From positions 32,001-96,000 of IMG/VR virus record IMGVR_UViG_2935054407_000001: DNA of 64,000 bases; one strand, 5' to 3'. Positions 45,172-54,245 of the stretch are shown in pieces. The notes below the pieces were generated by a model. It did not search any database and was not told the origin of the DNA. It saw nothing but the letters and a program-made list of their open reading frames with translations. A program made the translations under genes and the position numbers. Every line of letters starts with the position of its first letter. Positions within the stretch are counted from its first letter, which is position 1. Source of the DNA: a virus. Taxonomy: Duplodnaviria; Caudoviricetes.

Positions 45172-47394
45172 CTAATTGTCGAGGTACGGGATCTTCCCGA
45201 ATTCCGGATACTCGACGATGACTCCAGTTGGCGCAGATTCGTCGAGCGCCTGCTTGAGAATGTAGCTGCGGCGCGCGAAGTCTTTGTAATAGAAGGTGCC
45301 GCCGGAAGCGTCATTGTGGCCGTAGCGGTACCACAGATCGATGTTGCCCGACTGCCATGAGAAGTAGTCTTCCGGCGCGATTCCCTCTTCGAGAAGATGG
45401 CCTGCCACCGCGAATTCCTCTTCGGAGATCTGCGGCTGGGTGATCTGCGGTTCCCACCGCATAAGAACTCCGCCGTTCGCAGGTGTTTGGAAGACGGCGA
45501 CGATGCGCTTCCAGCCTTCCCCGAGTGCTGGGGCAGCACTTCCCTCGGTGTAGGAAGCAGGCTTCGCGAGCTGGGCACCCGTGGCCGGGTTGTAGACGCG
45601 CAGGAAGAGATCGCCCATCCCGGCCGACTTGTGGACGTAGGCCGAGACGGTGTACCACGCGCCGCCACGCAGGGTGTCGTACTGCGTGATGACCTGCCGG
45701 GAAACACCTACCGGGAACGTCACGCGCTGGGCCTGCTGGGTGTCGCTGGGAAGCGGCGATGCCACGTCCTGGGAAGTCGTCTGCGTGCCCCCGGTGAGGA
45801 TGGTCAGCTTGGTCTTGGCGATGTTCAGCCGGTCCGGATACACGTAGGGGACCAGTGAGTTGGCCATGCGATACAACGTCGGCCCATTGGCCCCGGCGAT
45901 TTCCACCTGATACATGGTGAATTGTTGCCAGTTTGTGGCCGCGACGTTTTCGAATCGAATTCCGGGGACGAGGTACGCGGCGCGGTTCCATAGGGTTCCG
46001 CTGGAGGTGGCGACGTCCTCGGGTACGACGAAATCGCAGTAGACGCGTACCCATTCGGCGCCGTTGGCTCCGGTGTTCACACCGCCGTTGCTGTTGGCGC
46101 GGATGCTCAGGAGAGGGTCGGTTTCGTTCGCCCCGAAAATCGCGAAGTCAGCGAACCCACCAACGGGAATCGCCTGCCCCAGATCCAGGCTTCCGAAGGA
46201 AGACCCGGTTCCGTGGCCTTCCGACTGCCCGGCGATGGCGGCAATCAGGCTACCGATGGAAAAGGCAGTTCCCGACCCTGCCAGTTCGGGCGGGAAGGTC
46301 AGTGCCACACTTCCCGTGGAACTTCCCGTGCCGCTCAGCGAGATCGGGTAGGTGATGTCCAGCGCCACACTGCCGTCGGAAGCGGCGGTGCCGCTCGCGC
46401 CGACGTAGATCACCGAGTAGGCATCGAGACTTCCGCTGGAGTCGGCGCTTCCACTCGCGGCGGCCGGGCCGAACTGCCACAGGGCCAGGCGGCCGGTTGA
46501 GCTTCCCGTACCGCTACCGGCCATGCCGACCAGGACGGCTTCCATGCGCCCGGTGGAAGCAGCGGTGCCCGACAGCTCGGGAAGGAGCACGACGTAGGTA
46601 CCCAGGCTGCCGGTGGAGAAGGTATCGCCGTGCGCCTGGGTGGTGGCGACACCGAGAGTGGCTGACGCATGGGGCGTCCCGGACCAGGTGTAGCCAGGGA
46701 AGCCGCCGTCTACGTAGGCCGTCTCCACAGTGCCTTGTTCGAGCTGGAGGGCGTCCACCCATGCTGAGGCGGTGCCGCCGTCCACCGCCGGGTAGTGGGT
46801 GTTGACCTCCTCGTAGTAGTCCACCCACCAGAGGGTGACCTGCTGGTAGGGGGCGCCTCTGCGCAGGTAGTTCGGCAGCGAGTTGTAGAAGCTGTACGCA
46901 GCAGAGCTACTGCTATAGCTGTTCGAGCGCGCCATGAGGGTCGTCTCGGAGTGCGCGGCCTGGTAGTACACGTTGCCGACCGCGATCCGCACCATGAGCC
47001 GGTCGGCTCCGGCGCGCGGCGCGATGTTGCGCAGCGCCCACCGGCCGGTGGCCACCACCTGGAGCGTGGCCCGCTGCTGACGCTGGGCGGCGCTCTGGCC
47101 GGGCAGCAGATCATAGACGGTGATCGTGATCCGGTTGGCCGCCGGATCCTGCTGGGCGGCTCGGGCCACGACGTAGCCCGACAGGGTGAAAGGACCCGAG
47201 CCGATGTCGATGGGCACGGTGGTCTCCATGCCCTTGCTCTGCTCGCTGGTGGTGGTGACCGCGATCTGGAGGCCGTTGTTGCCGACCTGCTTGTTCGCGG
47301 TGCCGCGCGACAGGCTCGCCCCGTCAGGGCTGCTCCAGGTGGCCGTGTTCGTCTCGAACGACGGGTTCGGCAGGTAGTTCGCGTAGTTCGTCAC
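45172..47394 (-). CDS. tail fibre/minor tail protein with carbohydrate-binding-like domains
   Basis: NYLPNPSFE, VDALQLE.G, central S/G/T repeats. Confidence 0.7.
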   Translation of the reverse strand: MTNYANYLPNPSFETNTATWSSPDGASLSRGTANKQVGNNGLQIAVTTTSEQSKGMETTVPIDIGSGPFTLSGYVVARAAQQDPAANRITITVYDLLPGQSAAQRQQRATLQVVATGRWALRNIAPRAGADRLMVRIAVGNVYYQAAHSETTLMARSNSYSSSSAAYSFYNSLPNYLRRGAPYQQVTLWWVDYYEEVNTHYPAVDGGTASAWVDALQLEQGTVETAYVDGGFPGYTWSGTPHASATLGVATTQAHGDTFSTGSLGTYVVLLPELSGTAASTGRMEAVLVGMAGSGTGSSTGRLALWQFGPAAASGSADSSGSLDAYSVIYVGASGTAASDGSVALDITYPISLSGTGSSTGSVALTFPPELAGSGTAFSIGSLIAAIAGQSEGHGTGSSFGSLDLGQAIPVGGFADFAIFGANETDPLLSIRANSNGGVNTGANGAEWVRVYCDFVVPEDVATSSGTLWNRAAYLVPGIRFENVAATNWQQFTMYQVEIAGANGPTLYRMANSLVPYVYPDRLNIAKTKLTILTGGTQTTSQDVASPLPSDTQQAQRVTFPVGVSRQVITQYDTLRGGAWYTVSAYVHKSAGMGDLFLRVYNPATGAQLAKPASYTEGSAAPALGEGWKRIVAVFQTPANGGVLMRWEPQITQPQISEEEFAVAGHLLEEGIAPEDYFSWQSGNIDLWYRYGHNDASGGTFYYKDFARRSYILKQALDESAPTGVIVEYPEFGKIPYLDN

Positions 47395-49397
47395 GGCGTC
47401 TCCACGGTCATGCCGAATCTCGTCTGTGTTTGGTTGAAGGTCGAGGTCGTCGTAGCGACCTGCACGCCGTTGCGCAGCACCGTCAGGGCCGTGCCGGTGG
47501 CCCGTACGGTCAGCCGGTCACCGTCGCTGAGCGGTGTGGAGTAGGTGACCAGGTCCGTGATCGCCGCTCCGTTGACCGTCTGGAGCTTGGTCCTGCTCGC
47601 GCGGATGTAGCTGGTCTCGCTGGCGGCGCGCAGCACGAGGGCCTGGACCTTGCCGGTGGGGGCGTTGGCCCCGAGAGTTGCGGCGACGGTGGCGTTGGCG
47701 GCCCCGTAGTCGATGAGCGCCATGGATCGGGCAGCGTCAGGGTTGCTCGGCCGGGCGACGCCGTACAGGTAGGAGTCGCGCCGGAATGCCGATGCCGTGG
47801 CGGGGGTGGTCCACGCCTTGTTGCCGTACTCCGTCGTTCGGCCGGTCAGTGGCGTTATGGCGTTGTCGGTGTAGGCGGTGAAGGTGTCCAGGACGCGCGT
47901 GTCCGTGGCCACGCCGAATTCGCGGCCGAGGAAGGCCCCGCGCTCGTCGTAGAACTCCGCGTAGACCTGGGCGGGGTTGACAGGTTTCGCGGTGGCCGTG
48001 TGCGGCTGGTGGGTGTAGGCCGACAGCGTGAGTCTCAGGCGCGTGTCGGTGCCGACGACCTGCCAGCGATCGGAGCTGGCGGGCGCGATGCCCAGACGGC
48101 CCGGTCGTACCGCCGTATACAGCCTGCCCTGGTAGGTGACCAGCGAGCCGCTCGGGTAGTCGGCGGTGGCGCTCCACGGCTGCGGCTTGGGCAGGGGAAT
48201 GCCATGCGTGATCGCCGTCAGAGGCTTGACCGTCTGGCCAGCGGCCTCGGGCAGCAGGCGGGCACCGATGTTCGCCGTCGTGGATGCCGCGTTGTTCTTG
48301 ACGGTGACGGCGTTGACCGACAGGTGGCTTTCCAACGGCTTGGGAGCGCCCAGCACCAGCTCTGTGGCTACGAGCGTTTCCGCGACGGTCCCGGTGAAGG
48401 ACTGGGGCGCCCAGCCGTGCTGGGATCGGCTGGTCGCGTCGTAGGCGGAGGTCGCTGCGTCCAGGACGAGCAGGACATCCCACCACGTGTTGGCCACGCG
48501 GTCACCGGCCGCTGGCATCTGGGCGTAGCCGGTGGATCCGGCGACCTTGCAGACGTAGTCGGCCCCCTCGATGGTGACGCGGTCGCCGACCTTGTAGATG
48601 ATCGTCGGGTCCCACTCGCGCGGGCGCGGGTTGAGCATCTGGGAGCGGTCGGCCGTCAACATCAGGTTCGGGGACGGGCGCAGCGCGAGGTCCCAGCCGG
48701 AGGCGGCGCGTGCCTCCGCGATCATCGCCTCCATGGTGCCGCGCCGGGCCAGCAGTGAAGCGGCATCGCGTACGAAGCTCCGCTTTCGGGCACCGGACAG
48801 GCCGGGGTAGGCGGGCAGGCCGAACTGCTGAATCAGCAGGTCGATGGCTCCGATGTGCGCGTACCCGGGATCTTGGCTTCGCCAGGCGGCGGCGTAGCTC
48901 GTGCGGACCTTGTCCAGGCCCCACCCGATCAGGGACATGTACCGGCGCAGTGTGGTGTTGGTGTCGGCTTCCAGGTCGAGCCGGTTGCCGCGCATGATCT
49001 GGTAGTGGATCGGCAGGCGTGACCACAGCCAGGCCGCGCTTTGGTGGTCGGCAACGTGCAGGCAGCTCGCGGTGGCCGCCCACATCCACTGGCCGCCGAG
49101 CTTGATAAAGGCCGAATAATAATGGAAGGTGCCCGGCAAGACGTCGCTGTCGGTGTAGGAGGTCTGGGGCGTGTCCGAGTCGAGCAGGATTTCTCCGTCG
49201 ATTTCAGAGACGGGGTATCCCCAGCGGTTCTTGACCAGCCGGAAGCGTGCGAATTCTCCGGTGGGCGGATCCCACGTGACGTGAATCTTCAGGTAGTTCA
49301 GCGAGTACGCGGTGAAGGATGCCGGATTGAAGTTCGGCAAATCCGGTTCGGGGCCATAAAATCGGGTGCCGTAGTTATGGGTTAGGTAGATGGCCAA
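47391..49397 (-). CDS. baseplate wedge/tail protein (P2 gpI-like) with CBM5/12-like modules
   Basis: FnIII-like N-terminus, RRGT, two W....Y..G..V...G..Y modules. Confidence 0.7.
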   Translation of the reverse strand: MAIYLTHNYGTRFYGPEPDLPNFNPASFTAYSLNYLKIHVTWDPPTGEFARFRLVKNRWGYPVSEIDGEILLDSDTPQTSYTDSDVLPGTFHYYSAFIKLGGQWMWAATASCLHVADHQSAAWLWSRLPIHYQIMRGNRLDLEADTNTTLRRYMSLIGWGLDKVRTSYAAAWRSQDPGYAHIGAIDLLIQQFGLPAYPGLSGARKRSFVRDAASLLARRGTMEAMIAEARAASGWDLALRPSPNLMLTADRSQMLNPRPREWDPTIIYKVGDRVTIEGADYVCKVAGSTGYAQMPAAGDRVANTWWDVLLVLDAATSAYDATSRSQHGWAPQSFTGTVAETLVATELVLGAPKPLESHLSVNAVTVKNNAASTTANIGARLLPEAAGQTVKPLTAITHGIPLPKPQPWSATADYPSGSLVTYQGRLYTAVRPGRLGIAPASSDRWQVVGTDTRLRLTLSAYTHQPHTATAKPVNPAQVYAEFYDERGAFLGREFGVATDTRVLDTFTAYTDNAITPLTGRTTEYGNKAWTTPATASAFRRDSYLYGVARPSNPDAARSMALIDYGAANATVAATLGANAPTGKVQALVLRAASETSYIRASRTKLQTVNGAAITDLVTYSTPLSDGDRLTVRATGTALTVLRNGVQVATTTSTFNQTQTRFGMTVETP

Positions 49398-50389
49398 TGG
49401 ATTCCGCTTTCTACAACGTTATCGGCTTCCTGCCAGGCGCCGCGCCAGCCGGTCATCTGGTACCACAGCTCATCCCGATATTCCATGGCTTCGTCCAGCG
49501 TGGTGAAAATCGGGTGCGGGGACATGTCGTAGAACCGGTGTGAGTTGTCGATGATCTGGATACGAGACAGAGCAGACCCGCCGCGATTGATATCACTGCG
49601 AGGAACCGTCCGCAGTCCCTCATAGCAGCAGTAGACGGTGTAACGGCACTCGTCCGGCCTCGGCTTGGGGATGCAGACAGGTGGTTTATCGCCCGGCTTC
49701 TGGTCGGGCATTTGGTCAAAAGGGACCGACTCACCTTCTCCCGTGTGGGGGTGACAGCGGATCAGGTGAGCGCGCATGTAGCAATGGGCGTCCAGCTCGC
49801 GTGTGCTGGCGTTGAGATCGGTCCGGATTCCCATGCTGATCCGCGTTCCCTTGGCCAGCGTCTCGGTCCAGGTGATGTGCTGGTGCAAGGCGTTTCTGTT
49901 GTGAGAGCCTTCCTCCAGCACGTGGCGCACGCCGATGTCGTTGCCGTTGATCTCCAGGCGCAGCGACCGGATCGCCTCATAGCGCTGGGTGTCAGAGTTG
50001 GTCTGCCAGTCCGCCTTGATCGTGAAGCACCACAGGCCCGATTCGTTCAGCCGGATTCCCGTGCCGGTGGACATGCCGAACGGATCCTCATCGGCGCGCA
50101 GGGTCGGCCGCTGCCAGGCATTTGTGGTGACGTCGAACTCGCGCACGCTGCCCCGGAAAAACGGCACATGCTCTCCACGCGCCACCGACTGAATGCGCGC
50201 GGCGACGGTGCCGTGATCAGGAGTCAATCCGCCCGGGTTGTTCGAGGCACGCTGCGGCACAATTCCGAGCGTGCGCTGAATCGCCTCAACCTCCTCCTGA
50301 ACGCGGTTCATATGGTCGGCCCACACGACGTCAACGTAATTACGTTTTGTGGACCAGACCGGGATTGACTGGGGATAGGACGCGGTCAC
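49382..50389 (-). CDS. tail/baseplate protein, paralog 1
   Basis: YP..WSTKR...HMN.VQEEV.AI.RTLG. Confidence 0.7.
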   Translation of the reverse strand: MTASYPQSIPVWSTKRNYVDVVWADHMNRVQEEVEAIQRTLGIVPQRASNNPGGLTPDHGTVAARIQSVARGEHVPFFRGSVREFDVTTNAWQRPTLRADEDPFGMSTGTGIRLNESGLWCFTIKADWQTNSDTQRYEAIRSLRLEINGNDIGVRHVLEEGSHNRNALHQHITWTETLAKGTRISMGIRTDLNASTRELDAHCYMRAHLIRCHPHTGEGESVPFDQMPDQKPGDKPPVCIPKPRPDECRYTVYCCYEGLRTVPRSDINRGGSALSRIQIIDNSHRFYDMSPHPIFTTLDEAMEYRDELWYQMTGWRGAWQEADNVVESGIHWPST

Positions 50390-50405
50390 AGGACCCTCTC
50401 AATGA

Positions 50406-51350
50406 TTAAGTGCTGGGGAACCCGCTGTCGGGGTCGTACGCGTACATGCCGCCTCCGACCGGAGTGGCCTCGTACATGACTCCCGGCGGCCTAGGTTCAG
50501 ACGGAGCCGCGTTTCCGCAGTTGTCGTACGTGTACGAGCGGTTCATGTAGCTGCTGAAGCGCACCGTGTAGGTTTGCTTGCACTCGTCTTTCGGTGGCGG
50601 CTCATAGCTGGTGTGAATGCGGCAGCCGTCATCAGGTGGCGGAGGCGGAGGCGGCGGCGGATCCGGATCGAAGTCTGAATTCGGAATGCCCGGCCCGCCC
50701 TTGTTGAGGCAGCGCACCAGGTAGCAGCGCAGGTAGACGTTGACCGGCGCGACGGCGCGGTTTACGTCGGCGAGAATGGCGTGCAGGGCAACGGTGATGT
50801 CCGTGCCTTCTACGAGGTTTTCCTGCCAAGTGACCGTGGTCGTCATGCTGTCTCGGTTGCCGTCGGTCTCCAGCAGCACATCGCGTAACCCGACGTCCTT
50901 CGCGTTGATCTCCAACGACAGGATGCGCGAGGTGATCTGCTGCTGGCTTTGGCTGGTGGCGTGCCAGTCGGCCTTGGCGACGATCACCCAGTAGCCGGTC
51001 TGGGGGATGCGGTAGCCGGTGCCGTGTGCGCCGTCGTGGGTGTCCTCGATCGGGTCCAGGCGCGGCCGGAAGTACTCGTTGGGGACGACCTGGGCGCCGA
51101 TGTTGCTACCCCGGTAGGTGATCATGGGCTCGGCGCGGGCGGCGGCCAAGATGCGATCGGTGACCGTGCCGTAGTCCACCGTGCGGTCCGCCGGGTTGTT
51201 GGTGGCCTTGTGCGGCATCAGGCCAAGCGTGCGCTCGATCGCCGCAACTTCGTCCTGGACCTGGTTGAAGTGGGCGGCAAAAATTGGATCTTGAAAATCG
51301 CGCTTGGTGCTCCAGCCGCGCAGCGTCGCGGGATAGTTCGCAGGCATCAA
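50406..51350 (-). CDS. tail/baseplate protein, paralog 2
   Basis: YP..WSTKR...HFN.VQDEV.AI.RTLG. Confidence 0.7.
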   Translation of the reverse strand: MMPANYPATLRGWSTKRDFQDPIFAAHFNQVQDEVAAIERTLGLMPHKATNNPADRTVDYGTVTDRILAAARAEPMITYRGSNIGAQVVPNEYFRPRLDPIEDTHDGAHGTGYRIPQTGYWVIVAKADWHATSQSQQQITSRILSLEINAKDVGLRDVLLETDGNRDSMTTTVTWQENLVEGTDITVALHAILADVNRAVAPVNVYLRCYLVRCLNKGGPGIPNSDFDPDPPPPPPPPPDDGCRIHTSYEPPPKDECKQTYTVRFSSYMNRSYTYDNCGNAAPSEPRPPGVMYEATPVGGGMYAYDPDSGFPST

Positions 51351-52810
51351 GCCACCCCGCCGGTAGTGGCCATGGTGATGGTGCCGAGCTGGGGCAGTTC
51401 GTAGGCGGCCATGACGGCATCGGCCAGCACGGTCTGCGCCGCGTCGTGCCGGGCCAACACGGGGATCGTGATGTTGACGACGCCAGGGATCGCCGTCAGT
51501 GCGCCGTAGACCTCACCGATGGTGATCTTGGAGCCGAAGCCGTTGTCCGGGCTGTTGACCAGCGACGTGAGGGTGTTGCGGACGCTGGTCTCCACCTGGA
51601 AGCGGCGGTAGGTCGGCGCTACGGTGAGCTGCATCGGAGTCGTCACCGACCCAAAATTGATCTTGATGATGGTCGGCCCCTGCACGTTGACCCGCACACC
51701 CGCTGCGGAGGAGGCGGTGAGCTGGGCCGTCACGGCGTTGATCAGATCCACGCTCGGGGTCGTCCGGCCGGGACCGGCGATGTAGACCACGACGGAGCTG
51801 CTCACGTTGGACACGGCGTTGGCCGCCGAGACGCCCGGCACCGTGAGTGCGATCTTGCTGTAGTCGTCCAGAGTGATGGCGCGGCCGAAAGCGGCGTAGG
51901 CCAGGGAGGCGTTGCGGCGGATCTCCTCGATGTCCTCGCGGTCCCCGCCGCCGGTCATGGCCGTGGAGATCGGCACACCTGCTGGAGTGGTGGCCAGCGT
52001 GACGCCGTCAATCCCGTCGGACATGGTCCAGATGTGGCCCGCGCCCAGGTTGCCGTTGCGCCCCTCGCCGCTGCGGAAGGTCGCGTACACGCGGGAGCCG
52101 AGCGGCGGGATCTCCCCGTTGACGCCGTCGCCGAACAAGAGGCTGACGCTGCCCTCGGGGTCAGGGCGGATCGTGAAAACCGGGTCGTGGGGTGCGCTGT
52201 AGATGAGCCGTGCGACGTAGGTCCACTCCAGGTCCGCATATGGCGCTTCGACGTGGACGCGCACACTGCCGTCGATCACTCCGCGATTGGGGATCTCGAA
52301 CTTCTGTAGCTCGGTGCCGTCGCTCACCCCGAGCAGCATCTTCGTCGTGGTGCGGCCCTCGGCCACGGGTACCACCGCCGTGCCGCCAGCGGCGGGAACA
52401 GTGACTTCCTGGGTGGACTCGAAGCGCAAGACGCCGTCGATCGCTTCCAGGTAGCGGCTGCTGAAGGCCGTGCCCGCAGGCACGACGACGGCCGGGCCGT
52501 CGGCATCGGTGATCAAGGTGACGGTGCCGACGGCTGCGACGTTGGAGTGACTGACATACCCCAGCACGTCGGCGATGGTCATGACGGCCTGCATCGTGGT
52601 GGCTGTCGGCAGGTAGGACTCCGCCAGCAGCCGGTCAATGGAGTAGTTGAGCAGGTCGGCGCTGTGGCTGAACAGCTCGGCGAGCACCACGCCGAAGTCG
52701 GCCTCCGAGCGGCTGGTCCACTCCGGAAGGATGATGTCGGCATGCCGCAGGAGATCGGTCTTGATCTCCTGGTAGTCGGCGCTGGTGTAGTCGATGGGGA
52801 CGTCAGCCAC
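51347..52810 (-). CDS. baseplate J / gp6-like protein
   Basis: IDYTS.DY, DFGVVL.E, FGDGVNG.IP, GG.D.E, RAITLDDY. Confidence 0.9.
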   Translation of the reverse strand: MADVPIDYTSADYQEIKTDLLRHADIILPEWTSRSEADFGVVLAELFSHSADLLNYSIDRLLAESYLPTATTMQAVMTIADVLGYVSHSNVAAVGTVTLITDADGPAVVVPAGTAFSSRYLEAIDGVLRFESTQEVTVPAAGGTAVVPVAEGRTTTKMLLGVSDGTELQKFEIPNRGVIDGSVRVHVEAPYADLEWTYVARLIYSAPHDPVFTIRPDPEGSVSLLFGDGVNGEIPPLGSRVYATFRSGEGRNGNLGAGHIWTMSDGIDGVTLATTPAGVPISTAMTGGGDREDIEEIRRNASLAYAAFGRAITLDDYSKIALTVPGVSAANAVSNVSSSVVVYIAGPGRTTPSVDLINAVTAQLTASSAAGVRVNVQGPTIIKINFGSVTTPMQLTVAPTYRRFQVETSVRNTLTSLVNSPDNGFGSKITIGEVYGALTAIPGVVNITIPVLARHDAAQTVLADAVMAAYELPQLGTITMATTGGVA

Positions 52811-53222
52811 GGAGCCTCTCCCTGATCCGGCCGCGCGAGTCGATCGACGCCGTGTGAATGGAGCGGGCCAGCCCGTCAGGGGAGTCCGGCGCGTCCGTGC
52901 GGGTGTAGCGGATGTCGATGGAGGCGATGCTCATCTGATCCGGCTTGGGGAAAGGCCGGACGTCGTTGACGATGACGCCGGGCTCCCACATGGCCATCTG
53001 GACCTTGGTCCGCTCGGTCAGCTCAGCCGCCACCAGACCGCCGCCGGGCTCAAAGAGATAGTCGAGCACCGGCACACCGAACTGCGGCAGCATCACCCGC
53101 TCCTCGGGCTCGGTGCCGACCACGGACACGATGCGCTGCACGATCTGTTTGGCCGGATCACGGGTGACCGCGATGCCGCCGTCAGCTCCGATCCGAAACG
53201 GCAAATCCAGGGCAACGGGCAT
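52803..53222 (-). CDS. baseplate wedge gp25/gpW
   Basis: T.P.ERVM.P.FG, WEP. Confidence 0.9.
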   Translation of the reverse strand: MPVALDLPFRIGADGGIAVTRDPAKQIVQRIVSVVGTEPEERVMLPQFGVPVLDYLFEPGGGLVAAELTERTKVQMAMWEPGVIVNDVRPFPKPDQMSIASIDIRYTRTDAPDSPDGLARSIHTASIDSRGRIRERLRG

Positions 53223-53461
53223 CAGGACTCCCCGTACTGACCCGCCGGGCTGAAGTAGCTACCGCCTGCCGGTCTGAAAGACGCCTCCGGCTGGGGAGCG
53301 GCATCCGCCGGACGGTACAGCAGCACGAGCGTCTCCAGCTCCCGGATACGCGCCTGCGCGGTCCGCAGCCGGGCCTCGGTCACCACGGCGCGATCCTCGG
53401 CCGCGATACGCGCGGCTCGCTGAGCCTCCGCGTAGTCAGACAAATTCAGCGCGTCGTCCAC
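53222..53461 (-). CDS. small coiled-coil protein
   Basis: 79-aa ORF; contains a 17-bp motif copy at 53267-53283. Confidence 0.6.
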   Translation of the reverse strand: MDDALNLSDYAEAQRAARIAAEDRAVVTEARLRTAQARIRELETLVLLYRPADAAPQPEASFRPAGGSYFSPAGQYGES

Positions 53462-53505
53462 GTTTTCACCCGTTCACATCTGGAAATCCGGCTCCTACGA
53501 ATCCC

Positions 53506-53536
53506 AGTGTATTTGGGTGTTATACGCCTTTTAGAA
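53506..53536 (-). promoter_or_regulatory. phage-type promoter TTCTAAA-N18-TACACT
   Basis: Exact 18-bp spacing, as in the other copies. Confidence 0.55.
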
Positions 53537-54245
53537 TGTCAATCTCGGCCTGCATTTTTTCGACCCTTTCGGAGAGCTGGGCGACGGCTCCCCACAGAAC
53601 ACCGAGCATCCCCGCGAGATTCACATGCTGGTCTTGGCGAACCAGATCCGGCAGCATTTCCGCGATGGGGCCGACGCGCGTGATGACGGGATCGGCGTGT
53701 TCTGCGTTGTAGTTCCACAATTTGGCGGGCGCATCTCGGACCACCTGCTCGGGGTCGAAGTCCAGCTCTCGGATGTTCTCCTTGAGTTCCCGGCTGGAGC
53801 CGTAGACGAAATCGGCTGCGACGCAGTTGACATAACCCGCACCGTCCTTGCCCATGCAGTGCACTTCTCCGCCGGTCAGATTCACCGACGACGAACTTCC
53901 AGAGACGATCGCTGGGCTTTTCGGAGCCCGGACCTTCACCGGAGATTCCGGGTGCGTCAGCTCCAGCAGCTCTTCGTCATTGTGCAGGAACGCGAACTTC
54001 TTGACGTCATGCGGGATGAAGTACTGCGGATACCGCAGATCGCTGTGAAGGAACCGGATCCATACCTTCTCCCCGACTTTCAGTTTGGAGATCGTCATGG
54101 AACCCGGATCGGCCCACTCCGAGATGGTCTTGCCCAGCACATCAGGAACCCGTACCTTGATGCGCCGCTTCTTTTCCGGGTCCTGGGTGGAGACGACGAG
54201 CCCCCAGAAATAGCCCTCGTGAACCGGGCGCTTTTCCTCGCTCAC
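53520..54245 (-). CDS. baseplate spike (gpV/gp5 OB-fold) with C-terminal S74-like chaperone domain
   Basis: GLVVSTQDP.K..RIKVRVP, VGEKVWI.F; SSRELKENI. Confidence 0.8.
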   Translation of the reverse strand: MSEEKRPVHEGYFWGLVVSTQDPEKKRRIKVRVPDVLGKTISEWADPGSMTISKLKVGEKVWIRFLHSDLRYPQYFIPHDVKKFAFLHNDEELLELTHPESPVKVRAPKSPAIVSGSSSSVNLTGGEVHCMGKDGAGYVNCVAADFVYGSSRELKENIRELDFDPEQVVRDAPAKLWNYNAEHADPVITRVGPIAEMLPDLVRQDQHVNLAGMLGVLWGAVAQLSERVEKMQAEIDILKGV

